Source of the DNA: an uncultured Dictyoglomota bacterium
Lineage (GTDB): Bacteria > Dictyoglomota > Dictyoglomia > Dictyoglomales > Dictyoglomaceae
Assembly (NCBI GenBank): GCA_964654465.1
Contig: CAZZIO010000040.1
Span: forward strand, 160,001-224,000
Direction: 5' to 3'
Length of the DNA stretch: 64,000 nt
The stretch's first letter is position 1. The number at the start of each line of letters is the position of its first letter. A program made the position numbers and the translations under genes. The notes beneath the pieces were generated by a model. It saw only the letters and a list, made by a program, of their open reading frames with translations, searched no databases and had not been told where the DNA came from. Shown in pieces: positions 35,063 to 44,362 of the stretch.

Positions 35063-36451
35063 ATGTATATTACAATAGATCTTGGAACCACAAATTTAAA
35101 AATAATTTTGTGGAACCATAAAGGAAAAATAGAAAAAAAGACAATTTTTCCTACTCCAATCTCATCTGACTATACAATTGATCCCTTAAAGATCATCCAT
35201 CACCTCAATGATTTCTTCTCTAATTTAGAAAGAAAATACAAAAAGGATATACAGGGTATAGCTGTTGGAGGAATGGGCGAAGCAGGTTTACTTATAGATA
35301 AATATGGAAATCCATTAACTCCAATCTTTTCATGGTTAAATGATAAGGGAAAAGAAGAAATAAAAATCCTCGAAAGTATTGGCAAAAAAGATGTATTTTA
35401 TATCACTGGACTTAAAGTTCATCATAAATATTCATTGGCAAAGATTTTATGGCTTCAAAAAAAGGAAAAAGATATTTGGATGAAAGCATACAAATGGATA
35501 AATGCTGTGGACTTTATTAACTTTTATTTAAGTAAAAAATTAGTTACAGATTATTCTCTTGCTAGCAGAATGCTTCTCTTTGACATAAATAAAAAAACTT
35601 GGTCTGAAGAAATTTTAGGATTATGTAACATATCACCTGAAAAATTACCTGATATTAAACCTACAGGATCTATAATTGGTGAAATTGATATCTTTATTAA
35701 AAATAAATTCTCATTAAATACATTTCCCATTATATTAGGCGGGCATGATCATCCCATAGGAAGCCTTATTTATAATCTTCAAAACTCAATATTTGATTCC
35801 TGGGGAACAGCTGAGGCCTTTATACTACACACTGAAAAACCTTTACTAAAAGAAGCAGTAAGAGAATTAGGGTTCTCGGTGGGATGCATAAAAAACTTCT
35901 ATTATTTAATAGCAGGAATACACTTTTCGGGAGGAATATTAAAATGGTTAAAAGATAATATGAAATGGAAATTAATCATTGAAGAATACACTCCAACTAA
36001 TGTCCTATTTTTTCCATTCTTGTTAGGTAAAGATTCAAGAAAATATAAGGAAAACATTAAGGCAATTTTTTATGGGATAGATTTAAATACTCAGATAAAA
36101 GACCTTATCAAGGCAGTATGGGAAGGAGTTTTTTATGAAAGTAGATATATATTAGAAAACATTGAAAATTTGGAAATACCAATAGAGAGAATCTATTTAA
36201 GTGGAGGTATGAGTAGATTTAAAAAAATCATTAAATTAAAAGCAAATATATTAAACAAACCTATATATATTTCAAAAGAAAAGGAATCTACCTCAAAAGG
36301 TTTAGCACTTCTTATTGCTGAAAATTCAAATGTGGAAAATACAAAAAATTTTAAGGATTCTCCCTTTGATATTATATCACCAACATCTTCAAAGATTTTT
36401 GAGGATAATTATATAAGATACAAAAAAATCAGGGGGCTCCTGGGAGTATAG
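35063..36451 (+). CDS. FGGY-family carbohydrate kinase
   Basis: IDLGTTNLK, GMGEAG, W.D, TD.SLASR, GGHDH, GTAE, EG..YE, GG.SR. Confidence 0.85.
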   Translation: MYITIDLGTTNLKIILWNHKGKIEKKTIFPTPISSDYTIDPLKIIHHLNDFFSNLERKYKKDIQGIAVGGMGEAGLLIDKYGNPLTPIFSWLNDKGKEEIKILESIGKKDVFYITGLKVHHKYSLAKILWLQKKEKDIWMKAYKWINAVDFINFYLSKKLVTDYSLASRMLLFDINKKTWSEEILGLCNISPEKLPDIKPTGSIIGEIDIFIKNKFSLNTFPIILGGHDHPIGSLIYNLQNSIFDSWGTAEAFILHTEKPLLKEAVRELGFSVGCIKNFYYLIAGIHFSGGILKWLKDNMKWKLIIEEYTPTNVLFFPFLLGKDSRKYKENIKAIFYGIDLNTQIKDLIKAVWEGVFYESRYILENIENLEIPIERIYLSGGMSRFKKIIKLKANILNKPIYISKEKESTSKGLALLIAENSNVENTKNFKDSPFDIISPTSSKIFEDNYIRYKKIRGLLGV

Positions 36452-36466
36452 CCAGAAGCCCCTCTC
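36422..36466 (-). terminator. Terminator after distal SBP gene (overlaps kinase stop)
   Basis: Minus strand GGGGCUUCUGG-loop-CCAGGAGCCCC followed closely by a U-run. Confidence 0.65.
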
Positions 36467-36472
36467 TTTAGA

Positions 36473-37801
36473 TTATTTCAAACCTTCAAGAATTGCATTA
36501 ATTGTTGCTTCAAACTTAGGTTTTAATGATTTTATAGACTTGGCAGGATTTGCTGGGTCAATCTGATCCATAAGCTCATTGAATCCAGGAATACCGGCAG
36601 CAGGATTAATAACTGTTCTTGTAGATGCGTCTATAAGTAAGTCATAAATCTCTTTTCCACCAACTCTCTCTATTTGATCTTTTACTATTAATTCCTTCTC
36701 TTTGTCTGTTGGCATTAGCATCCATATTAAGTATAATGCTGCAAGTTCTGGATCCTTAGAAGAAGAAGCAATAGCCCATGCTGCATCATCACCTTCATCA
36801 GCACTTTTCTTCTTACTATCAGGCCCCTTTGGGAATGGAACTATTCCAAGCTTCTTACCAAGGGCATTCCTCATATTAGTTAAATCCCATGGACCCCAAT
36901 AATCCATACAGGTTATCCCTTTTTGAAATCTTCCTTGTGGATCTGTCCACCAGTCAGCAGGTCTCATCTTATATTTTGCATCCATATCATACAAGGCTTG
37001 GAATGCTCTATATGCCTTAGGATCATCTAAATTAAATACAGGCCTACCACCTATATACTTTATAGGTAAAACATCGTTAGTCCATAAGAAAGGATGATAA
37101 GTTCTCCAACTTGCATAGGCATACTGATCTATTTTTCCATCACCATTGGTATCTTGTGTAAGTTGCTTCCCTAATTCAAAGAAGGTATCCCATGTCCATT
37201 TACCCTGCTTATACAACTCTAATGGATCTGGTAACCCTGCCATCTCAAATTTCTCTTTATTATAGTAAAGAATATATGGAAATACATTATCATTATATAT
37301 ATTTGTTACTGCATAAATTTGTCCTCTCCATGTGAAATAATCTAAAATATTTTTCCTAAAACCTACAGCGTTCCAAAGATTTTTATCCTTAAAATTAATA
37401 TACCTATCAAGAGGAAGAAGCATCTTCTTCATCATCCAAGTAGGTTTCTGTCTACTATCTATGTATACAATATCGGCTCCAGATCCAGACAAAATAGCAG
37501 CAGTTTGTTTTTCCACCTTGGTTTCCCATGTTACATATACAATTTTCACCTTTGCTCCAGTTATTTTTTCAAACTCTTCCCTTGATTGTTTAGGAGATCT
37601 TACACCAGGGATGTCACTTTTTTCCACCTCAGGCCAATGTTGCCAAACATAAATAGTTTTACCTCTATACTTTTGTGTATCAATATTCAATGTATAATTC
37701 CCAACTTTTACTGTATATACTCTTTGCCCAAAGCCCGGGACAAAAGTCACAAAAGAAAAGAAAACTATAAAGAACAAAATAAACAGAGATTTTTTACTCA
37801 T
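36473..37801 (-). CDS. Carbohydrate ABC transporter solute-binding protein (copy A)
   Basis: Signal peptide without lipobox; YYNKEKFE.AGL.DP, WTWD.F, DTNGDGKIDQY, VPFPKGP; close paralog of 51196..52521. Confidence 0.9.
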   Translation of the reverse strand: MSKKSLFILFFIVFFSFVTFVPGFGQRVYTVKVGNYTLNIDTQKYRGKTIYVWQHWPEVEKSDIPGVRSPKQSREEFEKITGAKVKIVYVTWETKVEKQTAAILSGSGADIVYIDSRQKPTWMMKKMLLPLDRYINFKDKNLWNAVGFRKNILDYFTWRGQIYAVTNIYNDNVFPYILYYNKEKFEMAGLPDPLELYKQGKWTWDTFFELGKQLTQDTNGDGKIDQYAYASWRTYHPFLWTNDVLPIKYIGGRPVFNLDDPKAYRAFQALYDMDAKYKMRPADWWTDPQGRFQKGITCMDYWGPWDLTNMRNALGKKLGIVPFPKGPDSKKKSADEGDDAAWAIASSSKDPELAALYLIWMLMPTDKEKELIVKDQIERVGGKEIYDLLIDASTRTVINPAAGIPGFNELMDQIDPANPAKSIKSLKPKFEATINAILEGLK

Positions 37802-37940
37802 TCTTTAACCTCCCCTTTAATAAATTTAAATTAAAAGATATTTAAGTTTAAAAAGTTTTAATTCTTTCCGTATACCCCCTTTCTTTTGTAAATAGTTTCC
37901 ATCGTGTTTGTTTACATAGTACATCATTTGAAAATAATAA

Positions 37941-37977
37941 CTAACATTATATTGACCTGAAATTGCAAAAATTTGCT
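37941..37977 (-). promoter_or_regulatory. Putative AraC-type direct-repeat site upstream of SBP copy A
   Basis: Minus strand AGCAAATTTTT..GTCAATATAAT with 21-bp period; TACTAT -10 lies 19 nt downstream of the block. Confidence 0.5.
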
Positions 37978-37978
37978 C

Positions 37979-39625
37979 TCATAATACTGGTACAGTAGTA
38001 TCCAATATCACACCTTCTGGGAAAAATTCAAAAATTATTTTTAGATTTGTTCCACTCTGAAGATTTTCAAAAACTTGCTTTCTTATAACCACTTGTGATT
38101 CAACAACATTAAAGTCATCCCAACCTCTAAGATAAGGAGTCCATGAATCTCTAATAGGTCTACCAGTTTTGGCATCAAAAATCTTTATCGCACATAATTT
38201 TGTACCATTAAAATTAATAAGAAATTTTGCATCCATTGGCACTCCACTAATAATATTAAATGGTTTATCTAATAAAACTGGGTCTTTGTATTGAATAATC
38301 TCTAAAGGATAGTCTACTCCTTTTGTGAATTTAAACATGAGAATTCCATTTCTTCCATATACACCAGGTTTAATTATTGTTTTTATTAAACTGGATTTCA
38401 GTAAAACTTGATCATTCTTAAGCAAAATATAATCTTTATTTAAATCTAATTTCCTTTCCCCTAAATATATACCTTCCAATTTATTCTCATTCAATTCTAA
38501 AGAGATTACTATATCTTTAATCTCTTGTTTCTCTTTTAAATAAAGTATCCCAGGATTTAAAAAGGCATTAGGATTCCCCATTGAAGCATTAATAATGATT
38601 TTCACAAGTACTTCATCCCTCCACATCCTATTTCTCCTATCATAATTATCAAAACCATTATCCCAATAAAAGGTTGCCATCTTATATTTTTTAGCTGTTC
38701 TTATAAGGTTATCAATAAAATACCACTCTGCTGGTTTATTCCCATTAGATACTCCAAACTCACCAATTATAAAAGCATGATTTGGAAATTTTTCTCTAAC
38801 AATACGAATATCATTATCCATCTGTGCTTTATCTTTATTGCTTCCCCATGTTTTCCTTCCCCACCAATTAGCCACAAAATCCCATGGCGAATAATAATGG
38901 ATACCAATGATTATATTTTCATCCTTTGGAGGTATTAGGTATTTCTCAGCCTTATATGTATCTGTCAAGAGTGGAGGTATTACTAATAATCTTTTATCAT
39001 TAAATCCTCCTGAATTTCTTATAAGTTTTAGAATTCTTTCATTTACTTCATTTTGAATTTTTCCAGCCTCTTCTTCGGAGAACCCCTCATAAGTAGGTTC
39101 ATTTATTATCTCAAAAATCAGTTTCTCTGAATAATCCTTAAATCTTTTAGCTATCTGCTCCCACAATTTCTCTAATTTTCTCATTGTTTCTTCCTTATCC
39201 TGCTTCATTTCCTTACTTAACCATCTCCAAGAATCATGATGAACATTTATTATTACAAAAAGATCCCTTTCAAGAGCCATATTCACAACCTCTTCTACCC
39301 TGTTCATCCAAGCCTCATCCACATTATAATCAGGAGCAGGCCCCATATGATCAACCCATGTAACAGGAATTCTCACACTTTTAAATCCTGTTTTCTTAAT
39401 ATCATCAAAGATGTATCCTTCAGTTTTAGGATTTCCCCAAGAAGTTTCATCAGGTATGGCATCCAGAGAATTTCCAAGATTCCATCCAGGATCCATTTCT
39501 TCTACTGCTTTATGAGGATCAATATAACTAAAACTTCCCTTATATGAACTTGCATATCCTTGATTACAAAAGATTATTAAGAAGAATAGTAAATTTAGCA
39601 AAACTATTACCCCAGTGATTTTCAT
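37979..39625 (-). CDS. GH5 (subfamily 4-like) endoglucanase/xyloglucanase with Ig-like and CBM46-like C-terminal domains
   Basis: PGWNLGNSLDA, ETSWGNP, SVRIPVTW, NVHHDSW, IFEIINEP (acid/base), HYYSPW, IIGEFG (nucleophile), WDNG; signal peptide. Confidence 0.88.
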   Translation of the reverse strand: MKITGVIVLLNLLFFLIIFCNQGYASSYKGSFSYIDPHKAVEEMDPGWNLGNSLDAIPDETSWGNPKTEGYIFDDIKKTGFKSVRIPVTWVDHMGPAPDYNVDEAWMNRVEEVVNMALERDLFVIINVHHDSWRWLSKEMKQDKEETMRKLEKLWEQIAKRFKDYSEKLIFEIINEPTYEGFSEEEAGKIQNEVNERILKLIRNSGGFNDKRLLVIPPLLTDTYKAEKYLIPPKDENIIIGIHYYSPWDFVANWWGRKTWGSNKDKAQMDNDIRIVREKFPNHAFIIGEFGVSNGNKPAEWYFIDNLIRTAKKYKMATFYWDNGFDNYDRRNRMWRDEVLVKIIINASMGNPNAFLNPGILYLKEKQEIKDIVISLELNENKLEGIYLGERKLDLNKDYILLKNDQVLLKSSLIKTIIKPGVYGRNGILMFKFTKGVDYPLEIIQYKDPVLLDKPFNIISGVPMDAKFLINFNGTKLCAIKIFDAKTGRPIRDSWTPYLRGWDDFNVVESQVVIRKQVFENLQSGTNLKIIFEFFPEGVILDTTVPVL

Positions 39626-39636
39626 AATACATCACC

Positions 39637-40215
39637 TTATTTTACAAATTTGATGTCATCCACATACAAAATAGTCTTTCCAGACGGAACCCCAGAAACC
39701 TCTATGCTCATCCCCCATATTCTTTTTAGATCTACAGTAACGAAAGACTTTAAAGGAATTGAAATTTTTGTCCAAGAAGTAGGCACTCCACCTGAAATGG
39801 TATATTTTTCAGAATAAACCTCTTTTCCTCCTTTTTCACTTGGTGCTTCTGCAAGAGTTATTAAAAGATTGTAATTATCAGTTTTCTCAGATTTAATATA
39901 AAACTCTAAAGTTTTATATTGAGATAGATCAAATATTTTATCTTTATTATCAAAATTCCACTTTGCAAAATTAATTCCCATCCCAGCCCACCAGCTTTCC
40001 CAAACAAAGCTGATTTTAAGACTTCTCTTACCAGAATATGCAATACCCTCTAATTCTTCAGCCTTACAACCTTCAGGAGCAACCCAAAAACCCAACGAAG
40101 ACAAATTAGAATTGTCACTCTCTCCATCGTAGATTAATAATACATTACCTATTTGAGAAAAAATCAATGTTACGACCATTAAAAAAAGAATAGAAATCTT
40201 TAAGAATCTCTTCAT
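39637..40215 (-). CDS. Secreted stand-alone carbohydrate-binding-module protein (CBM11/CIA30-like)
   Basis: Signal peptide; WWAGMG, DLSQY..L.FYIK, WTKISIPL.SF, LYVDDIKF jelly-roll pattern. Confidence 0.7.
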   Translation of the reverse strand: MKRFLKISILFLMVVTLIFSQIGNVLLIYDGESDNSNLSSLGFWVAPEGCKAEELEGIAYSGKRSLKISFVWESWWAGMGINFAKWNFDNKDKIFDLSQYKTLEFYIKSEKTDNYNLLITLAEAPSEKGGKEVYSEKYTISGGVPTSWTKISIPLKSFVTVDLKRIWGMSIEVSGVPSGKTILYVDDIKFVK

Positions 40216-40239
40216 ATAAATACCCCCTTTTAATTTTTT

Positions 40240-41196
40240 TTAACCAATTATTCCTGTTCTTTCCACACTCTCAACAAAAAACCTTTGGGTAAATATATAG
40301 AATATTAGCATAGGTAACATAACTAATACAGCTCCAGCATACTGCGGTGGCAATATTAGTAAAGGATCAAATATTTGTGTACCACCAGTAATAATGGATC
40401 TTATATTTGCTAAGTTTAAAGAAAGAGTATACTTATCAAAATCACCAATAAAAACAGATGGCTCAAAAACATCATTCCAATGCCAAACCACCGAAAATAA
40501 GAAAACAGTCACTATTGCTGGTATAGAATTAGGAATAAAAATTCTAAGATAGGTTTGAAAAGGAGAAGCACCATCCACATAAGCTGCCTCTTCTAACTCC
40601 TTAGACATACCTCTGAAAAACTGTCTAAAAATATATATAAATAGACCACTTCTTAAACCACCACCTAAGATGGTAGGAAGAATAATAGGATAATAGGAAT
40701 TTAATAGATTTAGAGGTTCACCCCTTATTAATCCGATAATATTTAAGATGTCAAACCTTTGATAAAACACATATAAAGGAATAAGCAAAACCTGGGGTGG
40801 AACTATAAGGGTAAATATAATAAGTGCAAATATAATTTCCCTTTCTTTAAATTTAAATCTGGCAAGTCCGTATCCTATCATGGAACAAGCAATAACGTTA
40901 AAAATAGCAGGAATAATAGAAATAATAAGACTATTTTTAAAAGCATTAAAATAATTTAAAGATTTAAATGCCAATATAAAATTTTCAAGAGTTGGATGCT
41001 TTGGAATCCATACTACAGTAGGATCAATAAGATCTTCTCTACTTTTAAGTGCTGTACTAAACATAAAAAGAACCGGTCTTAATAATACGTAAGAAAGACC
41101 TATAAAAAGTAAGATTTTTAAAATATTATATGTCCAGACACTTATTTTATGCTTCCATATAAGAATTAATTCTTCTTTTTTATATTGTTTAAACAT
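40240..41196 (-). CDS. Carbohydrate ABC permease (MalG-like), pair 2
   Basis: EAA loop ELEEAAYVDGA; VWHWND. Confidence 0.9.
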   Translation of the reverse strand: MFKQYKKEELILIWKHKISVWTYNILKILLFIGLSYVLLRPVLFMFSTALKSREDLIDPTVVWIPKHPTLENFILAFKSLNYFNAFKNSLIISIIPAIFNVIACSMIGYGLARFKFKEREIIFALIIFTLIVPPQVLLIPLYVFYQRFDILNIIGLIRGEPLNLLNSYYPIILPTILGGGLRSGLFIYIFRQFFRGMSKELEEAAYVDGASPFQTYLRIFIPNSIPAIVTVFLFSVVWHWNDVFEPSVFIGDFDKYTLSLNLANIRSIITGGTQIFDPLLILPPQYAGAVLVMLPMLIFYIFTQRFFVESVERTGIIG

Positions 41197-41208
41197 ATAT
41201 TTTCCTCC

Positions 41209-42126
41209 TTACTCATTCATGTAAAATACCCGTTTAGATATAATCCAAATTAAAATAAGTAAAATAGCACCTACAATCAAGAAATAGAGCCATGCAATAG
41301 CTGCACTATAACCGTGATTTAATTGTCTAAAGGCCACTTCAAGAATATATCTAAGCACATCATTACTATAATCAGTGAAAGAATCTATAACCGTATATAT
41401 GACATTCACAAGAATAATAGGAGAAATCATAGGTAATGTAATCTTCCAAAATACTTCCCAAGAAGTTGCTCCTTCTACTTGGGCTACCTCATATAACGAT
41501 GAAGGAATAGATTGTAATCCAGCTAAAAATATAAGTATCTGCACACCTGATTTCCAAATAATTTCATATATCCTATCAATGGCATTAATAACGGGCATTA
41601 AAAATGGAATATTACCTGTTATCCTTACTAAAAACATTCTAAAATCTATACCTCTCAAAAAGGGTGAGTTAGACATAGCCATTCCTGCTTGGGCACCAAT
41701 ATTAAATTGCTCCAAAGAATTAGATTCAAAAACATAAAGTAATGCTCCCGACATAACGACAACAGGTAAGAAAAAAATAGCTCTTACTATAGTTCTTCCT
41801 TTAAATCTTTGGTTCAAAAGTATAGCAATAAATAAAGAAAACATTATTATTAAAGGAATATTTACCACAATATTTCCAATTTCAGTGGTCAGATATCTTA
41901 TAAAATTAGGATCTTCCCTTAAAGCCTTTATAAAATTACTCAATCCCACAAAAGTCAATTTATATCCTTCTGGAGAAACATCTAATTGACTAAAGGCAAA
42001 AATTATAGATTGAATAAAAGGCCATGCAAAAAAGATCACAAATCCAACAAGCCATGGGTAAACAAATAATCTACCTATTCTTGCTTGTCTTTGAGCCAAA
42101 GTTTTAAATCTTTTTTGTTTTTTCAT
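41209..42126 (-). CDS. Carbohydrate ABC permease (MalF-like), pair 2
   Basis: LAGLQSIP.SLYEVA.VEGA..WE.FWKITLP. Confidence 0.9.
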   Translation of the reverse strand: MKKQKRFKTLAQRQARIGRLFVYPWLVGFVIFFAWPFIQSIIFAFSQLDVSPEGYKLTFVGLSNFIKALREDPNFIRYLTTEIGNIVVNIPLIIMFSLFIAILLNQRFKGRTIVRAIFFLPVVVMSGALLYVFESNSLEQFNIGAQAGMAMSNSPFLRGIDFRMFLVRITGNIPFLMPVINAIDRIYEIIWKSGVQILIFLAGLQSIPSSLYEVAQVEGATSWEVFWKITLPMISPIILVNVIYTVIDSFTDYSNDVLRYILEVAFRQLNHGYSAAIAWLYFLIVGAILLILIWIISKRVFYMNE

Positions 42127-42140
42127 AGATTATTTCCCCC

Positions 42141-44351
42141 TTATTTCTTTCCTAAGGAGAATAAAAAGTCTTCTCCTCTAACCATTTTACCTTTATATAG
42201 ATAAGATGCTTTATTATAATTAACTACTATTTCAGCCCCATTCTCATACTCAACTCGATAAACCCCATCTGTAAGCTTATTATGGGACTTTATAGGAACA
42301 TCATATATATTCAGATACAAATTCTTAACTTTATTGTATTCTTCTACTGCCTGTTCAATCCAATCCTTATAATTGGAACTTAACATTTCGTTATAAAAAC
42401 TCTTTTTAAAATATGATGAATCTTTATAAATGAACATATAATATGGTATAGCACCATACTCTACCATTCTTAAAAATTCTTTCTTTTGACTCTCTCTTAA
42501 ATTTCCTGGTCTTCCACTAAAAGGAATATATCCATGAATAATCATTGGATAAAAAGGAATAGCTTCTGATTCTATTGAAAAATTACTACAATCAAGAGAA
42601 ACATCAAGGAGCATAGAAGTATAAGGAAGAATATAAAGATTACCAGAGGTAAATATAAAGTTATATTTATCTATATTACTAGATAAAGCCTCTCTCCACA
42701 ATGAAATTACCTCTTCTCTGGAGAGCAATCTTGGAAATTTATTTTGAGAATAGACATACTCTCCCATCTTCTCGATTAAAGCATTATTTATTCCATATTT
42801 AGATATACCCTTCAAGAAATTATTTAGATAACTTGGAACCTTACTTGGAAGCACAATAAACCATGGATCATAATCTCTATTCTTCTTCTTAATAACAGGA
42901 TCCCATTTATATAGAAAAGCAAGACCATTATTTAAATATCTATTTCCATCTCTTGAAGGTGAAAAACCATTACCAGATTCGTGTATTTCTATAATTTCTG
43001 CAGTTAAATATAAAGGTATATTGTTCTTCTTACAATAATCTAAAAGCCTTCTTAATCCATTGTCTCCTCCAATTCTTGCTTCTACTTTTACTCCATTTGT
43101 GATTTTACTCATATATCCCCCTGATTGATACCCTTTCAAAATAAGGTTTATATTATCAATACCTTTAGATTTTAATTCCTGTAATATCTTAATAGTCTCA
43201 TCAAAAGTGGTAAGTGGAAAAAGATCAACAACAGGAATTCCAGCCTTAGTAGTTTTTATTTTTATGCTATTAATAATTGTCAAATTAAAAGGTACTTTAT
43301 CTACTTTTACAGATTTTTTATAAAGATATCCATTATTGAGAAGATAATTCCTATATGTTCTTGCCATTAAAGAATAATCAACATCTTTACCGGTAAAAAG
43401 ATAATAATTTATAACAATATCACTCTTAAGAGTATAAGGAGAAAACTTACTTACCAATACATCTACCACTTCTCCTGGCTGTCCTGTTGATGCCTCCCTT
43501 TCATAAAGTAAGAACTTATGAATCCTACGATAATTAAAGATTGGATAAACCCTATAATATGAAGTAGCATTACCCGCCATATAACAAGCCAAACTTGCAT
43601 CAGCATCCCCACTCTCAATAATTCCCAAGATTCCTAAATCGTTTCTTTTCACTCCATATATAGGTAAATTTATATTCTCTGTTTTTGGAGGCATATTATA
43701 TAAAGGGAGTCCATAATCTAAACCATATATTGGAATTTCAAATCCTCTCTCATTTCCAGCCTTATGATCAAATCTTACTAAAGCTCCAGAACCATCAGGC
43801 AAAACAAGATAACCATTATCTCTTTTTTCACCATATATAAAATAAGGTAAAACCCAAATTCTATTTAACTTTAAATCTCCTTCTTCCTTTACAGAATCCA
43901 TAGGTACTCTAACTTTTAATCCATACGAGGTCAAATAAAACTCTATAGAAATAGATAAGCCCTGAGTAGAAAATTCATAATCAAATCTTATTCCATCCTT
44001 AATATTCTTCACTTTATAGTTTCCTCTCATAACTCCTAAAGCATAGGTATTATAAACAGTAATTTTCCCTTCTTGATCTGCCATCTCTACCACTAAATGA
44101 GACGGAATACTAAACTTAGTAACCCCCATAGAAGGATCGTTTTCCCAATTTTCTGGAAATTGTCTAAAAATTTTTCCTGTTTTATTCTCCTTAATCATAA
44201 CTTCAGCTGTTTGTCTATTAAGCAACATAGAGAATTTCTCATTTTGAGCTACAACTTTTAAACCATTATCTTGGCTATATAGAGGGATAATTAATAAAAG
44301 GATTATTATAACTACAAAAAAATTACTGTATTTCAAGAAGTATCTTTTCAT
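42141..44351 (-). CDS. Secreted DUF5696-like protein
   Basis: Signal peptide; GYLVLPDGSGAL, LP.YG, Y..MA..YR.YL, P.Y....HGYI.FSG; typical position in large SBP/NHL/Yip1 clusters. Confidence 0.72.
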   Translation of the reverse strand: MKRYFLKYSNFFVVIIILLLIIPLYSQDNGLKVVAQNEKFSMLLNRQTAEVMIKENKTGKIFRQFPENWENDPSMGVTKFSIPSHLVVEMADQEGKITVYNTYALGVMRGNYKVKNIKDGIRFDYEFSTQGLSISIEFYLTSYGLKVRVPMDSVKEEGDLKLNRIWVLPYFIYGEKRDNGYLVLPDGSGALVRFDHKAGNERGFEIPIYGLDYGLPLYNMPPKTENINLPIYGVKRNDLGILGIIESGDADASLACYMAGNATSYYRVYPIFNYRRIHKFLLYEREASTGQPGEVVDVLVSKFSPYTLKSDIVINYYLFTGKDVDYSLMARTYRNYLLNNGYLYKKSVKVDKVPFNLTIINSIKIKTTKAGIPVVDLFPLTTFDETIKILQELKSKGIDNINLILKGYQSGGYMSKITNGVKVEARIGGDNGLRRLLDYCKKNNIPLYLTAEIIEIHESGNGFSPSRDGNRYLNNGLAFLYKWDPVIKKKNRDYDPWFIVLPSKVPSYLNNFLKGISKYGINNALIEKMGEYVYSQNKFPRLLSREEVISLWREALSSNIDKYNFIFTSGNLYILPYTSMLLDVSLDCSNFSIESEAIPFYPMIIHGYIPFSGRPGNLRESQKKEFLRMVEYGAIPYYMFIYKDSSYFKKSFYNEMLSSNYKDWIEQAVEEYNKVKNLYLNIYDVPIKSHNKLTDGVYRVEYENGAEIVVNYNKASYLYKGKMVRGEDFLFSLGKK

Positions 44352-44362
44352 CTTTTCACCTC

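Noticed and set aside
37845-37885. Orphan SD (AGAAAGGGGGT) followed by ACG and a 7-codon frame upstream of SBP copy A
   Set aside because: No valid start codon and too short to call a leader peptide or pseudogene; may be a deletion scar but this is unsupported
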